Source: Rubripirellula sp. (GTDB lineage: Bacteria > Planctomycetota > Planctomycetia > Pirellulales > Pirellulaceae). Taken from it: a stretch of 64,000 nt of DNA. This document shows, in pieces, positions 44,278 to 54,006 of this stretch. The stretch spans positions 896,001 to 960,000 of the forward strand of contig OZ244207.1 of assembly GCA_965216875.1 (NCBI GenBank), read 5' to 3'. The notes under the pieces are model-generated. The model ran no database searches. It had not been told where the DNA came from and saw only the letters and a program-made list of their open reading frames with translations. Every line of letters starts with the position of its first letter. Position 1 is the stretch's first letter. Position numbers and translations under genes: made by a program.

Positions 44278-46308
44278 CTAACTTCGCGCGGGCCGCTTAG
44301 AGCCCGAATGACGCGTGCCGCGTTGGCGGTATTGATTTGGATTGTCTGCTTTGCCGGTGATCTCATACAAGAATCGGCTTGGTGTTGTCGGAACCGCTTT
44401 GCCCCATTTGCGGCGCGTCAGCGCCATCGACATGGTGAGATTCTCTTGCGCACGCGTGATACCGACATAGCAGAGCCGACGTTCTTCGGCGATGTCTTCC
44501 TCGGCGCCACTCTTCACGCTGCGGCTATGCGGCAGGATGCCATCCTCCATTCCGACCATGAAGACGACCGGAAATTCGAGCCCCTTGGCGGCGTGAAGGG
44601 TCAACAACCAAACGGCGTTTTGCTGAGCGAGCTTGTCTTTCTCGTTACCCATCTCCTTGCCACTCAGGGCGATGTCCGCGAGGAAACCGGTCAGGTCGGG
44701 CTCTCCCTTGGCATTCTCTTCGTAGGCGTTGACCGCATTGGTCAATTCGTTGACCGATGCCGTTCGGGCGTCACGCTCGAGCGGTTCTTCGTACAGTCGG
44801 TTGATCTCGTCGAGGTACGCTGAACGTTCCAGCAGCGTTCGCATTGCATCGGTAAGTGTTTCGTTTTCGGCACGTTTGCGAACATCGTTGGCAAGCATCG
44901 TTAGCTGGGCGATGCCCCGCTGCGCCGCCGGGGTCATGTCTTGCGTTAGGGACGGATCTTGCATCACCTTCCAAACCGACACCCCTTTTTCGACCGCGCG
45001 CTGCACAAGGGTTTTCACACTCTTGTCGCTCAATCCACGAGCGGGTGTGTTGATGATGCGTAGCAGCGAGACTTCGTCATCGGGCTGGTCGATCCATTTC
45101 AGGTAGGCGACCAAGTCACGCACTTCACGACGATCAAAGAAGGACTGCGTCCCCAGCATGACGTAGGGAACGTTTGCTTTGCGCAATTCGGTTTCAAACA
45201 ATCGCGGCTGTTCGTTGGTGCGAAAGAGAATCGCAATGTTGCGAGGTTGGACATGTTCGTTTTCAATCAGTTGATTGATTTCGCGGACCACCGTTTTCGC
45301 TTCGGTGATTTCGTCCTTGTACTGTTCAATGCGCGGCCGTGGGCCGTTGGGACGACTCGCGATCAGCGTCTTGTCGTGGCGTTGTGAGTTAAACTCGATC
45401 AACCGGTTGGCCATCGCAAGGATCTCGGCCGTGCTGCGATAGTTGTTTTCGAGACACACGACTTTCGCATCGGGCCAGTCATTCTTGAAGTTCAAGATGT
45501 GCGTGACGTCGGCGCCGCGCCATGCATAAATCGACTGGTCATCGTCGCCAACGACGCAAAGATTTCGGTGACGCATCGTCAGGTGTTTGGTGATGCGATA
45601 CTGGCTGCCGTTGGTGTCTTGGTATTCGTCAACAAGGACGTGGTCGTACTTTGACGCTTCTTCGTCTCGAATGGCTGGGTGTTCGTTGAACAGCGTTTCG
45701 GTGTGCAGAAGAAGGTCGTCAAAGTCCATTGCACCGCGCGCTCGCAATCCCGCTTGGTACCGACGGTAACCGGCGGCGGCGAAATGTTCTTTGTCGGTTC
45801 CCGCGACCATGACCGCTTCATCAGGGTGGACCGAGGCGTTTTTCCAACCACCGATGATCGCCAACATGTCCGAGGGGCGCAGCGCGGTACCGGGCAAACG
45901 CAATTCACGTAGGATGCCGCGCGCAAGTGATTCCTGGTCGCCGCGATCATAGATCGAGAATTTCTTGGGGAAACCCAATGCCGTCGCGTGGCGTCGCAAG
46001 ATCTGCACACACTGGGCATGAAAGGTGCTGATCATCGGTTTGGGCGGGCCTTTTTTCCCACGGCCGCGGCCCTTCGATTTTCCTTTGTTGATCAGCTCAC
46101 CAACACGTTCCTGCATTTCTCCTGCAGCTTTGTTGGTGAAGGTGACGGCAAGGATTCGGTCGGGCGCTGTGCCGTGTCGAATCAGGTTGGCGATACGAAA
46201 CGTCACCACACGCGTCTTGCCCGTTCCTGCACCGGCAAGCACCAGCATGGGGCCCGAAAGAGTTTCGACCGCAGCCGCCTGGGCTGGGTTCAATCCGTGA
46301 ACGTTCAA
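44278..46308 (-). CDS. ATP-dependent DNA helicase, UvrD/PcrA/Rep family (SF1A)
   Basis: LNPAQ, VLAGAGTGKT, AVTFTNKAA, STFHA, VDEYQDTN, VVGDDDQSIYAWRGA, NYRS, TLHAAKGLEF, EERRLCYVGITRA. Confidence 0.96.
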   Translation of the reverse strand: MNVHGLNPAQAAAVETLSGPMLVLAGAGTGKTRVVTFRIANLIRHGTAPDRILAVTFTNKAAGEMQERVGELINKGKSKGRGRGKKGPPKPMISTFHAQCVQILRRHATALGFPKKFSIYDRGDQESLARGILRELRLPGTALRPSDMLAIIGGWKNASVHPDEAVMVAGTDKEHFAAAGYRRYQAGLRARGAMDFDDLLLHTETLFNEHPAIRDEEASKYDHVLVDEYQDTNGSQYRITKHLTMRHRNLCVVGDDDQSIYAWRGADVTHILNFKNDWPDAKVVCLENNYRSTAEILAMANRLIEFNSQRHDKTLIASRPNGPRPRIEQYKDEITEAKTVVREINQLIENEHVQPRNIAILFRTNEQPRLFETELRKANVPYVMLGTQSFFDRREVRDLVAYLKWIDQPDDEVSLLRIINTPARGLSDKSVKTLVQRAVEKGVSVWKVMQDPSLTQDMTPAAQRGIAQLTMLANDVRKRAENETLTDAMRTLLERSAYLDEINRLYEEPLERDARTASVNELTNAVNAYEENAKGEPDLTGFLADIALSGKEMGNEKDKLAQQNAVWLLTLHAAKGLEFPVVFMVGMEDGILPHSRSVKSGAEEDIAEERRLCYVGITRAQENLTMSMALTRRKWGKAVPTTPSRFLYEITGKADNPNQYRQRGTRHSGSKRPARS

Positions 46309-46398
46309 AGAAGCACTTCGTGAGTTTCAACAAACTTGCATGTCAGTTTGCTCAGTCCATCGATGACGACAGAAAAACGATTCGCCCAAACAAGCCAA

Positions 46399-46428
46399 TC
46401 GCCTCGTCAATGCAAAATGACGAGGCGA
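46399..46428 (-). terminator. Hairpin, probable terminator of 46526-47158
   Basis: TCGCCTCGTCA-N8-TGACGAGGCGA perfect 11-bp stem. A second 12-bp inverted repeat lies at 46464-46475/46502-46513. Confidence 0.55.
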
Positions 46429-46525
46429 CGTGAAAGCGTTTGTCTATGGATCGAGCTGAGCACGAAAAGTGGTTTGCTTCTGGCGTGATTGCTCAACAAC
46501 AAAACCACTTTTCTGGGGCAGCACC

Positions 46526-47158
46526 TTATCGCAAATTATCGCGATCGATAAGCGGGTTAGCCGTTCCTTGGTGCAACAACACCATTGCGCCACTTTGAGG
46601 ACGATTTGAATTCAGGAGTTGGCGGTTGAAGGGAATCCCGTAGGCCGCATAGTTGCCAGTGCCGGTGTCCATCACGTAGATAATGCACGATGCGGCTGGG
46701 TTGGCACTCGACGAGGGAAAGTCTGTCTGCCCCGTCACCATGATGTACTCGCCACCCTTGCCGCCGGTCCCCAAGCCTTCGGCAACATTCGTCTTGAATT
46801 CACCCAAAAAACGGGCGACACGTGGGTAGATCACGTTGCATTGAAGCAGTCCCGAGTTGTGGTCCAAAACAAACAGGCCTTCGGCGTCGGGGCTGACCAA
46901 GCCAGTCGCAATCGAGAATTTTTCGCTGCTGGCCGATGCCGTGGCATCAATTTGCGGCAGGTTCCATCGAATCGAGTTCTCAGTCGGTTCTTGGTTGGAT
47001 TGGCCAGCAAAATAGGCGGCCGTCATCATCGAAGCGAGCGCGACGACTGCCAAGAAAGGCGTCAGTAGTTTGGACTTTTGGCAGCAAGCCACCGAGGTTG
47101 GCTCGGATTGCTCGGCGGAAATGGGAAGAGTTGATTCAGACTGGGCGGGACGAGACAT
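46526..47158 (-). CDS. Hypothetical membrane-anchored protein
   Basis: One TM, then beta-rich KFSIATG...EGLFVLDH.SG.LQC...YIMVTG...IYVMDTGTG..AAYGIPF. Confidence 0.75.
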   Translation of the reverse strand: MSRPAQSESTLPISAEQSEPTSVACCQKSKLLTPFLAVVALASMMTAAYFAGQSNQEPTENSIRWNLPQIDATASASSEKFSIATGLVSPDAEGLFVLDHNSGLLQCNVIYPRVARFLGEFKTNVAEGLGTGGKGGEYIMVTGQTDFPSSSANPAASCIIYVMDTGTGNYAAYGIPFNRQLLNSNRPQSGAMVLLHQGTANPLIDRDNLR

Positions 47159-47416
47159 CAATGCGACTCCGTGCGGCGACGAGTTGAGTTTTGGGGAATT
47201 TGCGAAACCAAGCGGGCCAGATTGCCCGTTCGGCTCCATTTTCACATCCGTTGTTGTTTCAAATTCAAAATCTGCCAGCCAGCGTTCGTTTTTTTGCGGC
47301 TGACGGGGGGCAAGCAGGCTCCTACCGCCCTACAGGTAATTGTACGCTTTTGGTTTGAACTTTACGATTGCGATCCACGAAAACTGCACAACGCACGCCA
47401 AGAGGAAGAAATAGAC

Positions 47417-48613
47417 ATGGGCATCAACGCACCGCTGAATCGTAAACTACGCATGGGATTGGTCGGCGGAGGCGCGGGATCCTTTATCGGCCGCGTGCAC
47501 TCGATCGCCGCCTGCCTCGATAATCGTGCGGTCGTCACCGCTGGGGCCCTGTCGAGTAACCCTGAACGCAGTAAGGCTTCGGCCCCCGATTACGACATCT
47601 GTGAATCGCGTGCTTATGGCAGCTACGAAGCGATGATGGATGCCGAATCGAAGCTGCCCGAGGACGAGCGAATCGACTTCGTCAGCGTGACCACGCCAAA
47701 CCACACCCACTACGAAATCGCTCGTGCCGCCGTCGAAGCTGGCTTCAATGTCGTCTGCGACAAACCACTGACGTTTGACTACGACCAGGCCGAACAACTG
47801 CTCGACACCGTCGCCAACTCGGATGTCGTTTTCGCTGTCACGCACAACTACACCGGTTACCCGCTGGTTCGCCAAGCTCGCGAAATGATTCTCAGCGGTG
47901 AACTTGGTGAGATCAATGCGATCCGTTCACAGTACATCCAAGGTTGGTTGCGAACCCCGCTCGAAAACGAAGAGCAAAAACAGGCCGCTTGGCGAACCGA
48001 CCCGTCCAAGAGTGGTGCCGCAGGAGCCTTTGGCGACATTGGGACTCACGCCTACAACCTCGGCCGTTTCATGACCGGCCTGTTGCCAGAATCGGTTTCG
48101 TGCAGTCTGCGCACCTTCGTCGAAGGACGCCGCCTCGACGATTACGGGACGGCATTGATCCGCTACGAAAACGGCGGCCTCGGAACGGTCACCGCATCGC
48201 AAATCAGTCACGGCCGTGAAAACGATCTCGAGATTGAAATCGATGGCACGAAGGGATCGCTTCGCTGGCGACAAGAGAACCCGAACGAATTGATCGTTCG
48301 CCACAACGGCAAAGCTCACCAAATTTACACACGTGACCCGAACGCCCCGTTCATGAACGAGTCGGGCGCGGGTGCCTGCCGCTTGCCATCGGGCCACCCC
48401 GAAGCCTTCTTCGAAGCATTCGGCAACGTCTACGCGTCTGCGTTTGATGCGATGACCAAGCGTGCTTCGGGCGAATCGTTCGAAAAACGTGACACGGTTT
48501 ATCCGAACATTTACGACGGCGTCGAAGGGATGTTCTTCATCCAGCAATGCGTCGCAAGTAGCAGCGAAGGTGGTGCATGGTTGCCGCTGAAGCATGAAAA
48601 AGCACGCCGCTAG
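47417..48613 (+). CDS. Gfo/Idh/MocA family oxidoreductase
   Basis: LRMGLVGGGAGSFIG.VH, TPNHTH, VCDKPL, WRTDP..SG..GAFGDIGTH. Start after a GAGGA RBS. Confidence 0.93.
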   Translation: MGINAPLNRKLRMGLVGGGAGSFIGRVHSIAACLDNRAVVTAGALSSNPERSKASAPDYDICESRAYGSYEAMMDAESKLPEDERIDFVSVTTPNHTHYEIARAAVEAGFNVVCDKPLTFDYDQAEQLLDTVANSDVVFAVTHNYTGYPLVRQAREMILSGELGEINAIRSQYIQGWLRTPLENEEQKQAAWRTDPSKSGAAGAFGDIGTHAYNLGRFMTGLLPESVSCSLRTFVEGRRLDDYGTALIRYENGGLGTVTASQISHGRENDLEIEIDGTKGSLRWRQENPNELIVRHNGKAHQIYTRDPNAPFMNESGAGACRLPSGHPEAFFEAFGNVYASAFDAMTKRASGESFEKRDTVYPNIYDGVEGMFFIQQCVASSSEGGAWLPLKHEKARR

Positions 48614-48638
48614 TAGCACTCGCAACTGAGTGCGTAAG

Positions 48639-48740
48639 CACCTTCCCCCCGGGAGGGTCGCGAGGAACGAGCGGGGAGGATTAGGCAACGAAACCTCCCC
48701 GGGGTTTAGCGCCCGACCCTCCTTGGAAAGGAGGGGGTGA
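48639..48740. repeat. Palindromic repeat element, family E
   Basis: CACCTTCCCCCCGGGAGGGTCG...CCGACCCTCCTTGGAAAGGAGGGGGTGA, similar to 22270-22378. Confidence 0.7.
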
Positions 48741-48770
48741 TCGTCAGTTATAGCGCAGCCACACGGTTAC

Positions 48771-49514
48771 ATGATCCAGCCTGATCGTTCCACATCGCCA
48801 ACTGGCCAAGACTCGCTTGCCGATGGCTGTGTCGCTGCCGTAATCCCGGCGGCGGGCAGTGGAAGACGCTTTGGTGATGAGCGAAACAAGTTGTTCGCCA
48901 CGTTGGGCGGCAAGCCACTTTGGGTTCACGCCGTCTCACGGCTCGCAGCTCGCCCCGAAGTTGGCCGAATCATCATGGCGGTGGCCGATGGCGACCGCGA
49001 CGTGTTCGAAGGCGAACAATCGAACCTTGTGAATCAATATGGCGTCGAATTGGTTGCCGGGGGTGCCGAAAGGACCGACAGCGTCGAAGCGGGCTTGGCT
49101 GCCGTCGGCGATGACCCGGCAATTGCGCTTGTCGCGATTCACGATGCGGCTCGACCCTTGATCGCTGGGGAAGACTTGGCCAGCGTTTTCGTGGCGGCAA
49201 ACCAAACGGGGGCGGCGCTGTTGGCGACGCCCGTCGCGGGCACGGTCAAACGCGACCGAAGCGATGCTGGTTGCGAAACGGTTGACCGTCGCGACCTCTG
49301 GATCGCGTTGACGCCACAAGTCTTTCGCATCGACGTTTTACGGGCCGCCTACGAAAAGCACCGTGGACGTGCGGCCACCGATGACGCTCAACTTGTTGAA
49401 CGCATGGGACATGCCGTGAAATTGGTTCCCGGTTCCGCAGACAATCTGAAAATCACACTTCCCGAAGACCTCGCGATCGCCGAGGCAATGCTCGAGCGAC
49501 AAACGAAATCATGA
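48771..49514 (+). CDS. ispD: 2-C-methyl-D-erythritol 4-phosphate cytidylyltransferase
   Basis: VIPAAGSGRRFG..NK, GGAERTDSV..GL, IHDAARP, TPQVF, TDDAQLVE, NLKIT.PEDL. Confidence 0.95.
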   Translation: MIQPDRSTSPTGQDSLADGCVAAVIPAAGSGRRFGDERNKLFATLGGKPLWVHAVSRLAARPEVGRIIMAVADGDRDVFEGEQSNLVNQYGVELVAGGAERTDSVEAGLAAVGDDPAIALVAIHDAARPLIAGEDLASVFVAANQTGAALLATPVAGTVKRDRSDAGCETVDRRDLWIALTPQVFRIDVLRAAYEKHRGRAATDDAQLVERMGHAVKLVPGSADNLKITLPEDLAIAEAMLERQTKS

Positions 49515-50794
49515 GTGACAACGCACTGCTAGAAGAACTCTCTTGGCGTGGATTGATCCACCAATGCACCGACCAGGAAGGGCTTGCCAAAGAACTTTCC
49601 AAGCCGCAAACCGTTTACATCGGGTTCGATCCAACCGCCGACAGTCTGCATGTTGGCAGCATGATGCAGTTGATGATGTTGCGACGGTTCCAAAAGGCCG
49701 GCCACCGACCGATCGCCTTGGTTGGCGGCGCGACCGGGATGATCGGTGACCCGAGCGGCAAGAGCGAAGAACGCAATCTGCTTTCACCCGAGCAGCTTCA
49801 AAAGAACGTTGACGGTGTTGCGGCTCAAATGCGTCGCTTCCTCGACTTTGATGGCGACAACGGCGCATTGTTGCTGAACAACTTTGCCTGGATGGAAAAC
49901 TACTCTTACCTCGAATTCTTGCGTGACGTCGGCAAGAGTTTTCCGATCGGCGCGATGCTCGGCAAAGACTCGGTGCGCTCGCGGCTCGATAGTGCCGCCG
50001 GATTGAGCTACACCGAATTCAGCTACATGTTGCTGCAGGCGTACGACTTCGTTCACCTTGCCAAAGAACATGGTTGTGTTGTGCAAGCGGGTGGTAGCGA
50101 CCAATGGGGGAACATCACCGCAGGCATCGAACTCTCGCGACGCATGTTGGGCAAGCAGCTCTACGGCATCACCGCACCGCTGTTGACCACGAGCGACGGC
50201 AAGAAAATGGGCAAAACTGAATCGGGTGCGATTTGGCTGGATGCCGAGCGAACCTCGCCCTTCGATTTTTACCAGTACTGGGTGCGAGTGAAGGACGCCG
50301 ACGTGATGCGCTGCATCGCCTACCTGACCGAAATCGAACGCGACGAGTACAACGACCTGGCCGAACAGACTGAGAAGCAGCCCGAGAAGCTGGCGGCGCA
50401 AAACCGACTTGGCGAGTGGATGACACGGCTTGTTCATGGTGACGAGGCGCTCGAGTCGGCGCTGGCTGCAACAAAAAAGCTTTTTAGCAATAAGGGCCTC
50501 GAAGGTGCGACCGACGAGAGTCTCGGTGAAAGCTTTGCCGATGTGCCTAGCAAAGAGCTTCAGCGCACTGCACTAGATGGCGAGGGTCTTTGGATCGTCG
50601 ATGCGCTTCAGCAGTCGGGCCTTTGTTCCTCCGGTGGCGATGCACGCCGCACGATCAAGGAAGGTGCGTGTTACGTTAGCGATAACCGGATTACTGACCA
50701 GCAGTATCGTTTGACGCCAAGCGATTTGACCAGCGAAACGATCATGGTCGTGCGACGCGGCAAGAAAAAACACGCGTTGCTGCGGTTTGTCTAG
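49511..50794 (+). CDS. tyrS: Tyrosine--tRNA ligase
   Basis: YIGFDPTADSLHVG, GGATGMIGDPSG, EFSYMLLQAYDF, GGSDQWGNI, KMGKT, C-terminal S4 domain RRGKK. ATGA overlap with ispD. Confidence 0.98.
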   Translation: MSDNALLEELSWRGLIHQCTDQEGLAKELSKPQTVYIGFDPTADSLHVGSMMQLMMLRRFQKAGHRPIALVGGATGMIGDPSGKSEERNLLSPEQLQKNVDGVAAQMRRFLDFDGDNGALLLNNFAWMENYSYLEFLRDVGKSFPIGAMLGKDSVRSRLDSAAGLSYTEFSYMLLQAYDFVHLAKEHGCVVQAGGSDQWGNITAGIELSRRMLGKQLYGITAPLLTTSDGKKMGKTESGAIWLDAERTSPFDFYQYWVRVKDADVMRCIAYLTEIERDEYNDLAEQTEKQPEKLAAQNRLGEWMTRLVHGDEALESALAATKKLFSNKGLEGATDESLGESFADVPSKELQRTALDGEGLWIVDALQQSGLCSSGGDARRTIKEGACYVSDNRITDQQYRLTPSDLTSETIMVVRRGKKKHALLRFV

Positions 50795-50843
50795 GCTTCG
50801 CGACGGTCGTTCGATTAGGGTCTGACAGCGGAGGAAAAAACCG

Positions 50844-51686
50844 ATGATTCGATTTGCCGGATTCTGTCTGCTCGTTCTATCGCTCGCCGCGTCAACCCAT
50901 GCCAAACCGCCGCGGTTGATTGTTCGTGGCGACGACATGGGGTTCTCGCATTCGGGCAACCAAGCGCTGATCAAGTGTTTTACCGATGGGATCGAAACCT
51001 CGATCGAAGTGATCGTTCCGTCGCCCTGGTTTCCGGAAGCGGTTGAGTTGCTGGCGGAGCATCCAGATGTGGATGTCGGAATTCACCTAGCGCTCACCGC
51101 CGAATGGGATAACGTCAAATGGCGTCCTGTCACGCACGCACCGAGTTTGTGCGACGACGACGGTTACTTCTTTCCCATGATCTATCCGAATCGAAACTAT
51201 CCTGATCGTTCACTCAAGGATCACGATTGGCAGTTGGCGGAGATTGCGAAGGAGGTACGCGCACAGATCGAGCTAGCCAAACGCAAGATTCCTCGCGTCA
51301 GTCACGTGTCGTGTCATATGGGATTCAATTCGATGGACCCACGCGTCGACGCGCTCGTTCGTCAACTTGCCGCGGAATACGGAATCGACGTTGACCTGAA
51401 GGAGCATGATGTTGCCCGCGCCCAGTTGGTCGGTCCGAGGGAAACGGCCGAGCAAAAAGTGGTTGCCTTTATGAAAATGCTTGACCGTCTCGAAGAGGAC
51501 AAGACGTACATGTTTGTCGAACACCCTGGTTTCGACACGCCCGAGCTGCGGGCGATTCATCATGTCGGTTACGAAAACGTTGCCGAAGATCGTCAGGGTG
51601 TGACCACCATGTGGACCGATCCCCGCGTTGTGCGGCACGTCAAAGAGCTCGGGATCGAATTGATCGATTACCGCGACCTCAAGTAG
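50844..51686 (+). CDS. YdjC/ChbG/HpnK-family carbohydrate deacetylase, secreted
   Basis: Signal peptide. LIVRGDDMG, GIHLALTAEW, SCHMG, HPG motifs. Confidence 0.88.
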   Translation: MIRFAGFCLLVLSLAASTHAKPPRLIVRGDDMGFSHSGNQALIKCFTDGIETSIEVIVPSPWFPEAVELLAEHPDVDVGIHLALTAEWDNVKWRPVTHAPSLCDDDGYFFPMIYPNRNYPDRSLKDHDWQLAEIAKEVRAQIELAKRKIPRVSHVSCHMGFNSMDPRVDALVRQLAAEYGIDVDLKEHDVARAQLVGPRETAEQKVVAFMKMLDRLEEDKTYMFVEHPGFDTPELRAIHHVGYENVAEDRQGVTTMWTDPRVVRHVKELGIELIDYRDLK

Positions 51687-51705
51687 GCGCGTCGCCTTTC
51701 GGCGG

Positions 51706-52015
51706 AATGCCAACCTCGTTACCCCGCTCCGCGTGGTAACGCACTCTTCGGACGCTCCGCGTCCCCTGCCCGTGAGCCGCACGCGCTAGCGTCGGGCCTC
51801 TTCGAGATGCGCAAGACGAGTGTAAGGCCCGACGCTAGCGCGTTCGGCTCACATGTTTTTTCTGCAAAATGCCAACCTCGTTACCTCGCTCCGCGTGGTA
51901 ACGCACCCTTCGGACGCTCTGCGTCCCCTGCCCGTGAGCCGCACGCGCTAGCGTCGAGCCTCTTCGAGATGTGCAAGGCGAGTGTAGGGCCCGACGCTAG
52001 CGCGTTCGGCTCACA
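51706..52015. repeat. Tandem duplication (2 x ~148 bp, period 162) of a composite palindromic element, family C
   Basis: Units 51706-51853 and 51868-52015. Each carries the inverted arms GTGAGCCGCACGCGCTAGCGTCG(G/A)GCC / GGCCCGACGCTAGCGCGTTCGGCTCAC. Confidence 0.9.
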
Positions 52016-52050
52016 AAAACCACTGCCTCTCGCAGGCCATTACGTCCACG

Positions 52051-53976
52051 CTACGCCAGTGACTCGTCGAGCTCTCTTGGGTTCTGCGCGGTTGCATTGG
52101 GAGCGGGCCAAGTGAACCAGAACATCGCGCCTTCGCCCTCGGTCGATTCGACTCCAATTTCGCCGCCTGATTGTTCAACGAGTTTTTGCACGAGTGCCAG
52201 CCCCATTCCGCTGCCTTCGATTTGGCTCTGGCTGTGCAGACGTTTGAACATCACGAAGATGCGATCGTGAAATTTGGGGGCGATCCCGATTCCGTTATCT
52301 TTGACTTCGAAGCGGACGAGGCCTCCTTGCAACTCACACCGACAATCGATCCTCAGTGGATCGTCGCCTCGGTACTTGATCGCGTTGGAAAACAGATTCA
52401 AGACAACGCGTGCGAGCGAGCCGCGATCGGTCTTGATCGTCGGCATGTTCTCTTGAGTATGAACGGTCGCGTCGGCCGGCATGTCGACCAATTGAACGAC
52501 TTCGGCAACGAGGTCGTTGAGATTGGTGTTCGTTTTGTGGATCTGCTCGCGACCCACTCGTGAGTATTCCAGCAGCTCACTAAGCAATTGCTCCATGCGC
52601 CGAACGCGTCGTTTCAGCTCGTGAAGCAGCGATCGTGATTCTTCCGAGACGGTCTCACCAACGTCTTCTTCGAGCCAAGTCGCGATGTTGTCGATGGCGC
52701 GGAGCGGACTGCGGAGGTCGTGCGAGGCAACATAGGCGAACGAGTTCAAGTCGGCGTTGCTTCGTTCGAGCTCGTTCGCTTTCACGTCGAGTTCTGTGGC
52801 GAGGCGTCGAGATTCGGCGAGCAATTCTTCGGTTTGTTGATTCCGGTGTCGGAACAGGTCGGCAGCTCGTGCCATATCGCCGATCTCGTCTTGGCGGTTC
52901 AGGCCCGGGATCTTTGCGTCGTTATCGCCATCCATCAATCGTTTGAAGGTGCTCGTCATCGCGGCAATGGGGTTAACGATTCCTCGCACTGCCAGAGTCG
53001 TGACCAACGCTGAGGCGAGGATACCAACAACGGCGAACATGACCACACCGAAGGCCGAGTTGGTGGCGAGCGAGAGTGTGTCGGCCGAAAGTTGGTCGGC
53101 TTGAGCGGTGGTTTGCAGCCGAATCTGCTTGCTTTGATACAGGAACTCCGACGCCTCGCCGGCCATCACCACGTTCACGAGGTACAGGTAACCCGCGGTC
53201 GCTTGGACCGATCGAACAAATTCCGTCTCGTAGGTGCGTAGGTGATGACGAATGTTCTCGGCCTGTCGCCGAATGCTCGAGTTTTCGCTCTCGAGTAATT
53301 CGGAAAGCGACTCATGCGCATCGCCAATCAATCGTTCCGTTTCGGAGGCGTAGGACGATCTTGGATCGTTGAAGTAGCGGAGCGCGGCGATTTGGGCCGC
53401 CGAGACTTCACTCATCACCCGTTCGGCCGTGGCGACGTCTTGGGCTGGTGTGTCATTGGATTCGTTGTAGACGAAGTCACGGAGCGAGGTGAACGCGGGC
53501 TTCATGCTCTCTTCGAGCCCACGCAGCTTTTCGTTCACCCCTTTTTCACGTTTTTCGCGTTCGGCAACAACTTCCGGGAAACGTTGCATGAACGCGGCCA
53601 GGCGTTCGTGCATGACGCCCAACCGATAAAGCGTGTCGTCGTCGTTGGTGAACGATTTGGCGACGTCGATCTGTTCTTCGAGTTCGGTGCTTAGCAGTTG
53701 GATACGGGCGGGAGCGGCAGGGTCGCCGTTGTAGGAATAGGCCGAAGCGTTCCTTTGTAGTTCCAGGACGTCGCGGTCGATGGCGTCAATCATGTTTGCG
53801 AAGGAGCGAGCCCTGGCGTGGCGGTCAACGTTGCTTCGCAAGTTCAATAGGCCAAAGCATGCAAGCAACACGGCGAGCAGAAACAATGTCAACAGCGCAG
53901 CGATACTGGCGTAGATGCGCGTGCTGATCCGCATCCGCTGAAACAGCGATGTCGATGCTTCAGATGATTCGACCAC
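52051..53976 (-). CDS. Membrane sensor histidine kinase (large periplasmic helical domain, HAMP, Cph1-like HisKA, HATPase)
   Basis: Two TMs, HAMP PI..MT....RQDEIGDMARA, FAYVASHDLRSPLRAI, NLFSNAIKY, DNGIGI, GSGMGL. Start uncertain (53934-53976). Confidence 0.9.
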   Translation of the reverse strand: MVESSEASTSLFQRMRISTRIYASIAALLTLFLLAVLLACFGLLNLRSNVDRHARARSFANMIDAIDRDVLELQRNASAYSYNGDPAAPARIQLLSTELEEQIDVAKSFTNDDDTLYRLGVMHERLAAFMQRFPEVVAEREKREKGVNEKLRGLEESMKPAFTSLRDFVYNESNDTPAQDVATAERVMSEVSAAQIAALRYFNDPRSSYASETERLIGDAHESLSELLESENSSIRRQAENIRHHLRTYETEFVRSVQATAGYLYLVNVVMAGEASEFLYQSKQIRLQTTAQADQLSADTLSLATNSAFGVVMFAVVGILASALVTTLAVRGIVNPIAAMTSTFKRLMDGDNDAKIPGLNRQDEIGDMARAADLFRHRNQQTEELLAESRRLATELDVKANELERSNADLNSFAYVASHDLRSPLRAIDNIATWLEEDVGETVSEESRSLLHELKRRVRRMEQLLSELLEYSRVGREQIHKTNTNLNDLVAEVVQLVDMPADATVHTQENMPTIKTDRGSLARVVLNLFSNAIKYRGDDPLRIDCRCELQGGLVRFEVKDNGIGIAPKFHDRIFVMFKRLHSQSQIEGSGMGLALVQKLVEQSGGEIGVESTEGEGAMFWFTWPAPNATAQNPRELDESLA

Positions 53977-54006
53977 GTTCGTCTGCCTGGTTGATGGTGT
54001 GCATGT

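Noticed and set aside
44278..46308. Helicase as part of an anti-phage system (e.g. Gabija GajB)
   Set aside because: It is a full-length canonical UvrD/PcrA/Rep-type protein in a housekeeping context with no adjacent nuclease gene.
47171..47416. N-terminal extension of the oxidoreductase ORF
   Set aside because: Family similarity and the RBS begin at ATG 47417; the region is a divergent intergenic spacer.
51706..52015. Possible CRISPR array
   Set aside because: Only two long units with duplicated, non-unique interiors, and no cas genes; it fits a REP/BIME-like duplication.
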